IMG/VR virus record: IMGVR_UViG_3300020020_000030
Location: 1 to 63,818 of that record
From: a virus
Lineage: Duplodnaviria > Caudoviricetes
Strand: one strand, 5' to 3'
Length of the DNA stretch: 63,818 nucleotides
Part shown: piece by piece, positions 36,048 through 45,800 of the stretch
Position numbering within the stretch: position 1 is the stretch's first letter
How the letters are laid out: every line of letters starts with the position of its first letter
Position numbers and translations under genes: made by a program
The notes under the pieces: model-generated
What the model saw: only the letters and a program-made list of their open reading frames with translations
Told to the model about the DNA's origin: nothing
Database searches by the model: none

Positions 36048-37937
36048 GTCGCCGAATGCGCGAGTGAGCTCGAGGTGCGTCGCGTAGAGCTCGGGGAACT
36101 CGCTCGGGCTGAGCACGCCGTTGCCGTCAGGCGGCGGCGTGGTGTCACCCTCGAAGATCTCGAGGGCGCGCTCGATCAGCGTGTCGAGATACGCGATCTG
36201 CGTATCACCGGGGCACTCGGTGCCCTCCTGACCATCGAGCTCGCGGTGGCCGAGCACGTGGTCCCGGTCGATAGTGAAAGACACAGGCACGCCGTCGAGC
36301 ATCTTTCCGTTTAGCGAGGCCAGCAAAGCGATGTTCTGCGCGTGCGCCTCCCACTGCTCGTCCGTGAAGTCGTCACCCTCGTCGGCCAGCGTCTCGACCG
36401 CGAACGTGCGCCAATTCCAGTCCGGGCCCGCCGTCGCCGGCTTGGCTCCGGGCCGGATCATCTCGGACTGCGAGCCGTCCCGGCGCATGTACGTCGTGGG
36501 GCAGCTGCTCCGCGAGTTGCAGTACGAGAACCAGTCCATCTGGTCGACCATCGTGCCGGTCCAGTGGATCGCGTAGGTGTCGATGACCGCGTCGACCTCG
36601 ACCTCGCCGGCCATGCTGCGCGACGCCCGCTCCACCGGGTTCTGGCAGTCGGCGAAGCCGAGCGGTGCCTCGAGCCCCTGGAACGCGAACGGCCAGATCG
36701 GCTCGTACTCGACGAGACCGCGAGGATTGTCGACGCTCGCCGGGTCTGGCGGGTTCGGCGTCGCGATCTCGGTGAGGCCGTCCGGGCTGGCGTCCGTGAA
36801 GCCGCCGGACCACATCCAGTCGCGGTCGGCGGCACGCTCGAACCAGACGTCGTTGCCGTCGACCGACTCGCCGTGCGTGAAGCCGGACAGGTCGACGCGA
36901 GCCCCGCCGTCGGCCGAGCCGATCACCGGCGAGGTCGTGTAGGGCAGGTCGCGGACGTTCGCAGGGTTCGCGCCGACGATGCGGTGCGGGGTGCCCTCCG
37001 GGGGTGGGGGGTCCGTCTGGTTGAGGTCCGTCAGGTCGTGCGTCCCGGTGTCCGTGAACCCGCCCGACCAGAAGAAGTCGCCACTGTGCGCACCACGGAA
37101 CCACGTCGTGTTGCCTTCGACGTCCTGGCCGGTGATCCAGCCGTCCATGTCGGCGACGGTGCCGGCCGCGAGCGTCTGCGTGACCGGGCCGTTGGTCGAG
37201 GGGTCGCCCCGGCCGTTCGCGGAGTTCGCCCCCACCGTGCGCTGGTTGCCGGCGGGCGGAGTGGCAGGGTTCAGGTCCGCCAGATCGTGCGTGCCGGTGT
37301 CGGTGAAGCCACCCGACCAGAACCAGTCGCCGGAGAACTCGCCGCGGAACCAGACGTTGTTGCCCGAGACCGTCTCGCCTCTGATCCAGCCGTTGAAGTT
37401 CGCCAGCGTGCCGGGCGGGAGCGTCTGTGTCGGGGCGTTGGCCGTGTTCGGCTCCGGGGATCGCCCGTTCGCGCCGCCGGAACCGACGACGCGCTGCGTG
37501 GGGCCGGGCTCGGACGAGCCGACGTAGAGCTCGAAGTCGATCGTGCACCACGAGCAGAAGTCGTAGCCCCAGTAGTCCCAGAGCGTCTGGTGGACATGGG
37601 CGCCGTACCCCCAGTCAGAGCCCCAGCCGCTCGCGCCGGTGAGCCCGATCTGCTGGCCCGCGCCGACGCGCTGACCGAAGTCGACCCAGATCTCGGAGAG
37701 GTGCAGCGCTCGCGCGCGCCGGCCGTCGTCCATGTCGATCGCGATGAAGCGGCCGGTGCCGCCGCCGTTCGACCAGGAGATGTCGACGACGGTGCCGGCG
37801 CCGGGCGCGAACAGCGGGCTGCCGTAGGCAGATCCGTAGTCCGTGCCCGGCTCGCTCGAGGGCGGGTTGCGCTCGCAGCAGTGGTTGTAGTGGTTGGCGG
37901 TGACCCAGTCGGTCGTCGTCGGCAGGTTGTAGCCCAC
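36021..37937 (-). CDS. Endolysin (M23 peptidase + three cell-wall-binding repeats + amidase)
   Basis: GTDYG..HVH M23 motifs; three ~80-aa G..V.GN..WF..W.WSGGFTD repeats; IHWT...E...GHREL..TECPG amidase-2. Confidence 0.9.
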   Translation of the reverse strand: MGYNLPTTTDWVTANHYNHCCERNPPSSEPGTDYGSAYGSPLFAPGAGTVVDISWSNGGGTGRFIAIDMDDGRRARALHLSEIWVDFGQRVGAGQQIGLTGASGWGSDWGYGAHVHQTLWDYWGYDFCSWCTIDFELYVGSSEPGPTQRVVGSGGANGRSPEPNTANAPTQTLPPGTLANFNGWIRGETVSGNNVWFRGEFSGDWFWSGGFTDTGTHDLADLNPATPPAGNQRTVGANSANGRGDPSTNGPVTQTLAAGTVADMDGWITGQDVEGNTTWFRGAHSGDFFWSGGFTDTGTHDLTDLNQTDPPPPEGTPHRIVGANPANVRDLPYTTSPVIGSADGGARVDLSGFTHGESVDGNDVWFERAADRDWMWSGGFTDASPDGLTEIATPNPPDPASVDNPRGLVEYEPIWPFAFQGLEAPLGFADCQNPVERASRSMAGEVEVDAVIDTYAIHWTGTMVDQMDWFSYCNSRSSCPTTYMRRDGSQSEMIRPGAKPATAGPDWNWRTFAVETLADEGDDFTDEQWEAHAQNIALLASLNGKMLDGVPVSFTIDRDHVLGHRELDGQEGTECPGDTQIAYLDTLIERALEIFEGDTTPPPDGNGVLSPSEFPELYATHLELTRAFGDDGGRRTRR

Positions 37938-37940
37938 GGG

Positions 37941-38291
37941 TCAGCCCTCCACGCTCGCGCGATCGCCGAACCGAGCGAAGAGCTCGTCCTGGTCCATGTC
38001 GATCACGTCGCGGATGCGGGTGATGATCGGCCGCTTGCGCACGTCGTGCGGCGCCAGCCGGAGCAGCCGCTTGATGAGCTCCATGCGTCGGTCGAACTGC
38101 CGGATGATCCGCTCCGAGCGCGAGTAGCCGAACGACTCCCGCTGTAGCGTGGTCAGCGCCTTGTCGGACTCGTGCTGGATGAACGGCACGATCTCCCGCT
38201 GCGTGTAGGCAGGCGGGACGGTCACGACATGCTCGTGGAGCCAGATGTCGCCCTCGAGCTCGATCGCGATCTTCACCCGGAGCTCGGCCAT
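37941..38291 (-). CDS. Hypothetical protein
   Basis: 116 aa between the tail genes and the lysin. Confidence 0.6.
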   Translation of the reverse strand: MAELRVKIAIELEGDIWLHEHVVTVPPAYTQREIVPFIQHESDKALTTLQRESFGYSRSERIIRQFDRRMELIKRLLRLAPHDVRKRPIITRIRDVIDMDQDELFARFGDRASVEG

Positions 38292-38292
38292 G

Positions 38293-38583
38293 TCACACCT
38301 CGGGCGGTGCCGGCTGGTTCGCGTTCCAGACGGCCTGCACGCCGGAGAGGATCATGCCGTCGGTGATGACGGCCTCGTCGGCGCCGGGGTCGAGCACGCC
38401 GCCAGCGACAGCGGAATCCCACGCGGCGTCCCAGCCGGGCTGCGAGGCGATCTCCCAGCGGTAGATGTTCACCCAGCCCTGCGGGTTGTCGATCGACTCC
38501 TTCGCGGCACCCGCGGTGAGACGGCGGTTGAGGCTGAAGTTCTCAGCCATGTCTGCAACGGACTTGTATCCCATGATGTGCAT
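38293..38583 (-). CDS. Hypothetical tail-associated protein
   Basis: PGWDAAWDSA..DPGADEAVITDGMILSGVQ. Confidence 0.65.
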   Translation of the reverse strand: MHIMGYKSVADMAENFSLNRRLTAGAAKESIDNPQGWVNIYRWEIASQPGWDAAWDSAVAGGVLDPGADEAVITDGMILSGVQAVWNANQPAPPEV

Positions 38584-38604
38584 TCTCCTCTGTTGATCGT
38601 GCGG

Positions 38605-39357
38605 TTACGAGATGCGGCGTACGGACAGATATCCGCTGGAAGCGGCAAGGCTGACCGCGATGTCGGTGCCCGTTGCGGACGGTCCCGCCGAGACGAGGTC
38701 GCCCGCGTTCATTCTGCCCAGGTAGTACGACTCTGTGAAGTTGTTGGCAGCGCCGGGGTGGTCGTGGGTCCAGACGCCGTTGATCGGCGCGATCGTCGAG
38801 CGGTTCTCGAAGTTGGTCCGGTCGCCATTCAACGACAGCGCGTGATACTGCGCATTGCCGCTCGGCCCACCACGCATCGTCGAGCGGATCTCGTAGACGC
38901 CGGTCATCCCGATCTTGATCCAGCCGGGGTCGCTGAGCGCATCGAGCGCCGCCCCATCGCCGACGACTCCGCGCGCCCAGCCCGCCTTGTACGCCGCGAT
39001 CGTCGAGCTCGGGCCCGACTTGCCGGCCCACCAGGTGCCGGGCATCGCGTACCAGCCGGAGGCGAAGCCGGCGGCGAGACCCGGGTAGGTCAGCCCGGGC
39101 AGCGAGCCGAGCGCGAGGTAGGTCTCCATGCGCTGCAACGACGTGTTGTACCAGTGCACCTGCGCGTTGTGCAGCGCGACCCGCTCGGCGTCCGTGGTCG
39201 GCGGCGGGTAGGTCTGATTGCGCTGTGCCGTGTCGCCCCGCACCAGGCCCGGGGTGGTGCTCTTCGCCAGCCGGCGCTCGACGAGCAGGAGCCGGGAGAG
39301 GACGTCGCGGAGCAGGCCCGCCATGTCCTTCCTGATCGGAGGAATGTTGCCGCTCAC
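38605..39357 (-). CDS. Minor tail protein
   Basis: Short coiled-coil N-terminus and beta-rich C-terminus; position. Confidence 0.65.
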   Translation of the reverse strand: MSGNIPPIRKDMAGLLRDVLSRLLLVERRLAKSTTPGLVRGDTAQRNQTYPPPTTDAERVALHNAQVHWYNTSLQRMETYLALGSLPGLTYPGLAAGFASGWYAMPGTWWAGKSGPSSTIAAYKAGWARGVVGDGAALDALSDPGWIKIGMTGVYEIRSTMRGGPSGNAQYHALSLNGDRTNFENRSTIAPINGVWTHDHPGAANNFTESYYLGRMNAGDLVSAGPSATGTDIAVSLAASSGYLSVRRIS

Positions 39358-40508
39358 GGCTCCTCCGTATCGTCGTCGGGCTTGGTCGCGGGCGTGAGGG
39401 TGACCTGCACGGTCTCGCCCTCCGGGGTCTCCGTCACGGTGACCAGGTCGATCTTCTGCAGCTGCGACATCTGCCGCGCGTTCAGCGTCGCGAGCAGCGG
39501 CACCTGCACGCCGGGCACCAGGTCGTGGATCGTGAGGGTCTCGTTGAGCCGGATGCCGCTGTTGTCGGGCACGCGCACCTCGACCGGCACGGGCATCCGG
39601 CCGTTCAGGTTCCGCTTGGCCTGGCTGTCAAGCTCGGCCTGCGTCGGGGCGTTGGTGCCCTCCTCGTTGTATGCCGTCAGGATCATCGACCAGGGTCCGT
39701 AGTACGGGCTCTCCGCCTCGGCGCTGCCGTACATACCGTTCTCGCCGACGACGTAGACCTTCGCCGCCATGTCCGCGCCGTAGGCGGTGACGATGACCTC
39801 CTCGAAGAAGTCCGCCTCGGTGAGCGTGCGGGTGCGGCCGAGGTTGCGCGAGACGTCCCAGATGTGGATCGCTCGGCCCACCACGGTCCAGTCGATGCCG
39901 GCCGTGCGGCCCATCGCCTCGACGTGCTCGCCGGCGGTCATCTCGTACGGCAGGGTGTGCGCCGAGGTGCGCGCCTCGTTCGGCGCGTGGTGGACCACCA
40001 GGTGCGGGACCACGTTCGCCGGCGGATCCAGCGCCTCCCAGGGGCCCATCTCGTACTGGATGATGTTGCCGAGTCGGGTGGTGACCTCGGTCGGCTGGCT
40101 GTAGATCTCGACGACGTTGCCGGCCTCGTCGTATTTCGCCCGGTAGCGGTTGTCCCACTCCTTGGTCAGTGGCGTGCCCATCACGTACGCCATCACGTCG
40201 TGCGCGTTGATCTCGACGTAGTTCGCGTGCCAGCCGACGCGCCAGACCGGGCCCTCCCAGACCCGATCCATGCCGCGGTAGATGACGATCTCGGAGCGCT
40301 TCGGCTCGATCTCGGAGAGCAGCTTCGCCTGCGCGGAGCAGGCGGAGCCCTCGATGCGGAGGTCGCCCTCGCTCACGCTGTCGCGATCGCGCGTCCAGCG
40401 CACCCGCGACAGGTCGAGCAGCTGCCCTACGCGCGTCGATCCGCCCCGATCGTAGACGTAGGCCGTGTGGCCGGCGACGCACTGCCCCCCGTAGACCCCG
40501 ACGACCAC
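39354..40508 (-). CDS. Minor tail (baseplate hub / Tal-like) protein
   Basis: RVWEGPV and TIHDLVPGVQV motifs of actinophage hub proteins. Confidence 0.75.
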   Translation of the reverse strand: MVVGVYGGQCVAGHTAYVYDRGGSTRVGQLLDLSRVRWTRDRDSVSEGDLRIEGSACSAQAKLLSEIEPKRSEIVIYRGMDRVWEGPVWRVGWHANYVEINAHDVMAYVMGTPLTKEWDNRYRAKYDEAGNVVEIYSQPTEVTTRLGNIIQYEMGPWEALDPPANVVPHLVVHHAPNEARTSAHTLPYEMTAGEHVEAMGRTAGIDWTVVGRAIHIWDVSRNLGRTRTLTEADFFEEVIVTAYGADMAAKVYVVGENGMYGSAEAESPYYGPWSMILTAYNEEGTNAPTQAELDSQAKRNLNGRMPVPVEVRVPDNSGIRLNETLTIHDLVPGVQVPLLATLNARQMSQLQKIDLVTVTETPEGETVQVTLTPATKPDDDTEEP

Positions 40509-40509
40509 G

Positions 40510-42813
40510 TCACGTCCTCGCGGTCAGGTACGCGGCGACCGAGATGTTGCCGGCAGGCTCGTTGGTCGGCACCTCGATGGAGATCAGGTACGGGATGCCG
40601 CAGCTCAGTACCGGCCAGGTCGCCGGCTTGCCGTTCGTGCCGTAGAGCAGGTGGTCGGCGCTGATCGGGTCGGTGTCGTTGACCTCCGCCCAGACGCGCT
40701 GGGTGACGCCGTCCAGCGTCAGCGTCGTCGCGGCCGGCATGAACGAGACGATCTGCTCGCTCAGCCAGGTGCTCGTGTCCACCTGGTCGGTCGGCAGGGC
40801 GTCAGGGTTCGGGTAGTACCGGATGCGCACCTGCCGCGCCGCCTCGGCGCCGGTGGTGATCTCGAGCGTGGGCACGATGTCGATCCAGTCGAGCACCAGG
40901 TTCGCGGGGATCTCGGTGTAGTACCGAAGCCAGACGCCCACGTCCTCGATGCAGTCGCTCGCGATGATCGGCGGACGCGGTGGAGGCGGCACGACCGAGC
41001 AGTCCGGGTCGGTCAGCGCTCGGCTCGTCGGGACGGCACGGCCGTCGAGGAGCAGCACCATCCCGCCGTCCTGTGCCTGCGTGACCGGGGTGCGCGTGGA
41101 GACCGAGGCGTTGGCCTCGCCCTCCCACTCGTAGACGTAGGTGCCGTCGAACAGCGTGTCGCCATCGAAGTACGGGAACTCCTCGTTGAGCGAGATCATC
41201 GCGGCGTCCATGTCGACCGTGTCGCCGCCGAGCCAATTCGAGTGCGTGGGGCCAGGAACGTCGATGGCGCGGACGATCGCCCGAACTGCGCCAGTCATCG
41301 CGACCGCCCCGACCGCGAGGCGCATCCACTGCCCTCCGGGGACGTCCGTCGCCGCGCCGGTGACGGTGCCGATCACGGTGCCGGCGGCATCCATCCAGAC
41401 CAGGAACGCCGCAAGGCTCTGCCCCTTGCTGGGGCGGACGTGGATCGAGCCGATGTAGGTGGCGTCCTCCGTGACCTCGGTGAAGTCGCCGAAGCTCTGG
41501 CCGAAGTGCTGGCCGTGGCTGGTGGCGTCGGCGGTGAAGGACACCCGAGCTGCGTGCGCCGCGTACAGGCCCGCCGTGACGCGAAAGACCACCGCCTGCC
41601 CGCTGTTGTAGCTGATCTCCCAGCCTCTCACTCCCTGCGCTCGAGCCTGCGACTGGGAGGCGTTCGCCGCGCCCACCCACTGATAGTCGATGTCCGCGAG
41701 ATCGGGAGTGTTCCCGTCGAAGTAGTCGCCGGGGTTGGTGTTCGGCTTGGCCTGCGTGAGCGCGGTCCAGCCGGTCCACGGCGACTGGTAGCTGCCGATG
41801 AACGCGCTCGCGCGCCACTCATACCTCGTGCCAGGCGTGAGACCGGAGACAGTGGTGACGGTGGTGGGGGAATCAGCGGTCGCGACCGGCTCAGTGGTGC
41901 CGGCGAGCCGGCGCTCCCAGCGATACGGGTTGACGCCGGTGACACCACCCGGAGGGCTGAATGTCAGCGTCGCCTGCGCGCCGGAAGGCGACGATGCGAC
42001 GGCGAAGCCTGGCGGCACAGCGGGGAGCGTGGTCTGGCTGACGGTGTTCGACCACGGGCCCCAGCCGCGCGAGGTGTGCGAGCGGATGCGGACGTAGTGC
42101 AGCGTGCCCGGCTGCAGCTGGACACCCGCACCGGACGGGTTCGTGACCCCGTTGACGTTCTCGTCCTGCCAGACGACCTGCCCGAAGCCGCTGTCGAGCG
42201 CCCACTGCGCCTGCTCGGGACGGTCTACCGGGTCGTGCGAGCTCCGGCCGTAGTACACCGAGAACGAGGTCGTGGCGACATCCGCGACGCGGAGATCGTA
42301 GGGCGCATAGGGCAGCACGACGTAGTTCGTGAGGCCGTGCCACTGCGTGCCCCAGACGTTGTTGAACGACGTGCCCTGCACCTCGCCGGACGCCACGCCG
42401 ACCTCGACGGACAGCGCGCCGGCAGCATCGTGACCGTGCCAGCGGTCGAGCTGCGCAACGTGGGTCCAGCCGCCGCCGATCGAGACGTTGCCGCCGACGT
42501 TCGTGTCCCAGCCGTTGCGCATGTTCCACGAGCCGTAGCCGTAGGTCGTGAAGCCCGACGTGTGCGCGTACAGCCCGACGTAGACGATCGAGCGGTTGTT
42601 CGCCTGGTCGTCGCCAGACGACCAGCGGATCTCTGCCGTGCCGCCCTGCCAGTCGACATTGACGCCGAAGGTGCTCCCCGCCCGGGGCGTGACGACCCAG
42701 TCGCCCTCCTCGTCGATGACGTGGTGCCGGCCGAAGCCGTCGACGTGAGTGGCGAGGACGCGCGGCTGCACGGTGCGCGGTGCGCGTACGGGCGGGAGTC
42801 CGGGTGCAGGCAT
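40510..42813 (-). CDS. Minor tail protein with FN3 and CBM-like domains
   Basis: FN3 motifs LQPGTLHYVRIR..GPWS and LTPGTRYEWR; YFDG..W.G motifs. Confidence 0.75.
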   Translation of the reverse strand: MPAPGLPPVRAPRTVQPRVLATHVDGFGRHHVIDEEGDWVVTPRAGSTFGVNVDWQGGTAEIRWSSGDDQANNRSIVYVGLYAHTSGFTTYGYGSWNMRNGWDTNVGGNVSIGGGWTHVAQLDRWHGHDAAGALSVEVGVASGEVQGTSFNNVWGTQWHGLTNYVVLPYAPYDLRVADVATTSFSVYYGRSSHDPVDRPEQAQWALDSGFGQVVWQDENVNGVTNPSGAGVQLQPGTLHYVRIRSHTSRGWGPWSNTVSQTTLPAVPPGFAVASSPSGAQATLTFSPPGGVTGVNPYRWERRLAGTTEPVATADSPTTVTTVSGLTPGTRYEWRASAFIGSYQSPWTGWTALTQAKPNTNPGDYFDGNTPDLADIDYQWVGAANASQSQARAQGVRGWEISYNSGQAVVFRVTAGLYAAHAARVSFTADATSHGQHFGQSFGDFTEVTEDATYIGSIHVRPSKGQSLAAFLVWMDAAGTVIGTVTGAATDVPGGQWMRLAVGAVAMTGAVRAIVRAIDVPGPTHSNWLGGDTVDMDAAMISLNEEFPYFDGDTLFDGTYVYEWEGEANASVSTRTPVTQAQDGGMVLLLDGRAVPTSRALTDPDCSVVPPPPRPPIIASDCIEDVGVWLRYYTEIPANLVLDWIDIVPTLEITTGAEAARQVRIRYYPNPDALPTDQVDTSTWLSEQIVSFMPAATTLTLDGVTQRVWAEVNDTDPISADHLLYGTNGKPATWPVLSCGIPYLISIEVPTNEPAGNISVAAYLTART

Positions 42814-42824
42814 GTCATCCCTCC

Positions 42825-45800
42825 TTACGGGACCGAGACGGTGAGCGCGTCGGCGTACATGCGGATGTCGGAGTTGTTCCCCGACGCAGACGTCCAGGTG
42901 TACTCATAGGTGATCGCGACGCGCATCGCCACCGCACCCGCGGCAGGCGGGTGCGACTTGCCCGAGAACACCTTGCCACCGAAGTCTGCCGGCGTGTTCG
43001 TCCAGCCGAGCAGGACGGACGAGATGATCTGGTTGGCGCCGTCGAGCCAGTGGATCGACGCCCCGACAGACCGGAGGGTAGACCCGGGTGCGGCACCTGC
43101 GGAAAGCAGTAGCGCGGCCCAGACGGATGCCGAGACGCGCGTTCCCGCGGGCAGGCCGGCCAGACTGATCCCTTCGCTGAGGATCGTGGTGTCCGACACC
43201 ACGGTGTTGCCCGGGTTCGCCCCGCTGTTGCCGAGCAGTCGCGCCCGAACGGACGAGCTGCCGACCGAGGCGAGCTCGCTCGTCCACTCGAAGGACTTGA
43301 GCGGCTCGGGAATGTTCCCCGCCCACCAGACGCCCCACCCGTTCGCGTTGAGCTCGACCGAGGGGTTGGTGGCGAGGTTCGTCGCCGCGACCACGGTGCC
43401 GGATGCGATCTCGGCCGAGGGGTACGGCACCAGGTTGAACGGCACATCCTGCACCACGATCGGCGTCGAGGGCAGCAACGCGACCGGCGTGGTGACGCCG
43501 AACATCCACGGCACTGCGGCCACCAGAACGAACTCGACGATGTAGCCCCAGGTGTCGCCGCGGTGGAGCTTCTGCTCCACGATCGGCCCGGATACGCACG
43601 TCACGGTGTGCATGACGCGGACGAGCCGGTTGACCGCCGCCACGTAGCCCTCTTCGTCGGGGATCGAGATCACCGACCCGGTCTTGCCGAGCGACTGCGA
43701 GGCATCCGGCGTGCCGAGCCACTCGAAGGCGCGGACGTTCGTGCCTGGCGTCTCGAGCTCCTCCTCGGTGGAGTCGAGCGATGCACCGTCGAAGTACGGG
43801 CCGACGTAGTCGCCCTCGACGATCATGAAGCGGTCCCACCAGAGGTCGCCCGAGCCCGCCTCGCCACCGTGGTAGAGCCGGATCGTGTTGTAGCCGGCCA
43901 GCGACGAGGGTGTGGTGAAGGTGAACCGGATCTGGTGATCGCCCGGGGTGTTGGGTGCCTGCTGGCCCGGCCCCTGACCCTGAACCTGCGTGGTGCCGTT
44001 GAGGTGGACGAACACGCCCCGGGAGTTCGAGCTCAGCGGCCCGGTCAGCGGCGCCTCGACGTGCACCGTGACCATGAGCGTGTAGAGCGTGTCCGGGAGA
44101 AGGTACGTGCGCGGGTCGGTGATCGTCGAGACGTAGTTGTCGGTCATCCCGGCGCCAGTCGGCACCATGCGCAGCGAGTGGCCGCGATCAGCGGCCCACT
44201 GCGTCGAGTGCACCACCTGCACGCGGTCGCCCACGTAGTTCTCGACGCCCATCGCCTTCACAGTGCTCGTGCTGGCGTGCGGTGCGCCTACCCAGGCGAC
44301 CTCGGTGATGTCCGGGTCGTCGGGCAGCGTGTAGCCGTCGAAGTAGGGCCCGCCGTAGCCGCCGGCCACGAGCACCACGGCGTCGATGTCGACGATGTCG
44401 CCCACCTGGTGCCCGGCTCCCGGGGTGAGAAGCAGCCCAGTGTCAACGGGGCTGCTGGTGCCGGCGACGACAGAGGTGCGGAACTCGGTCCACACATCCT
44501 TGGGTGCGGTGAACACCGCGCCGTGAGCTCCGCGAATCTGCGGAGTGAACGCCTGGTCGCGAGTGCGCGGACGCACCTTGCCGACCAGTGTGTAGGTGAC
44601 GCCCTCGGGAGGGCTGGCCGTGGTCACTGGGAGCGCTGCCCAGGAGTCGGTGGAGAGCTCGAAGCGGAGCGCCTTTGCCCCGTCCGCCGGGGTGTCTATC
44701 GTCTGCCAGCCCCTCGCACCGACAGGGTTCGGTACATCTGCCACGCCGAGCGCGCTCTGCGTGCTCGTGCTCGCGTCCGGGGCTCCGGTCCAGTCGTAGG
44801 TTGCGCCGCCAGCATCGGCCGTTGAGCCATCGAAGTACGCCCCGGAGTAGTTGCCCTCGGTCACCAGGATCGACGCAAGCTCGACGCCGGTGCCCATGAT
44901 GGCCGAGTTCTCGAGGAACACCGTCGGGGCGGTCGCGGTGAACTGGTAGCGGTAGTCCGCGAACTCGCTCGTCCAGTCCAGCGGGCCGCTCAGGAACCCG
45001 CCGGCCCAGCGCAGCTCGGGGTTCGACGCGACCGCCCGGCCGCGCACCAGGATCGTGTACGGCTGGCCCGCCACGAGATCCATGAACAGGCCCCGACCGC
45101 CCTCACCTGTGTCGTCGATGACCGTCGCCATCGCGCCGCCCGCGCTGGTCTGCCAGGAGAGCTTGCCCTCGGCACGCAGGTTGCCCGGCACTGACATCGC
45201 GGAGAGGGTGCTCGTGCTGTCGTGTGGCACGCCGGTCCAGTCGTAGATGTTGCCGCCGTCAGGGGTGTCGCCGTCGAAGTAGTTGCCGTAGTAGGTTCCC
45301 GCCACGAGCATCACGGCGTCAACGTCGATGATGTCGCCCGGTCGGTGACCAGTCGAGTTGAGAAGGAACAGTCCGGTGGCGTCGGCGAACCCGTTCCCCG
45401 CGAGGAGGGTGGCGCGGAAGTCGGTCCAGACATCCTTGGGTGCGGTGAAGGCGAGGTCGCGGGTGCCACCGATTTGCGGCTGGATCAACGTGTCCCGGGT
45501 GCGCGGACGCACCTTCCCGAGAATCGTGTAGGTGTTCCCCACGGTCGGGTTCACCGTCAGTGGAAGGTTGACGTTGTCGCCGGAGTTCACCGTCCAGCGC
45601 AACACCTTGGACCCCACAACGGGAGCGTCTGCCACCTGCATCGCCGTCGCGCTCCCGGTGGCGGGAACGTCAGCGACGCCCGGAACGTTCTGCGTGCTGG
45701 TGCTGGCATCGGGCGTGCCGGTCCATGCGTAGGTGTAGGACGGGTCGTAGAGATAGGAGGGGGAGTCGTTGGCAGTCCCCTCCCAGGCAGCGGCGTTCCC

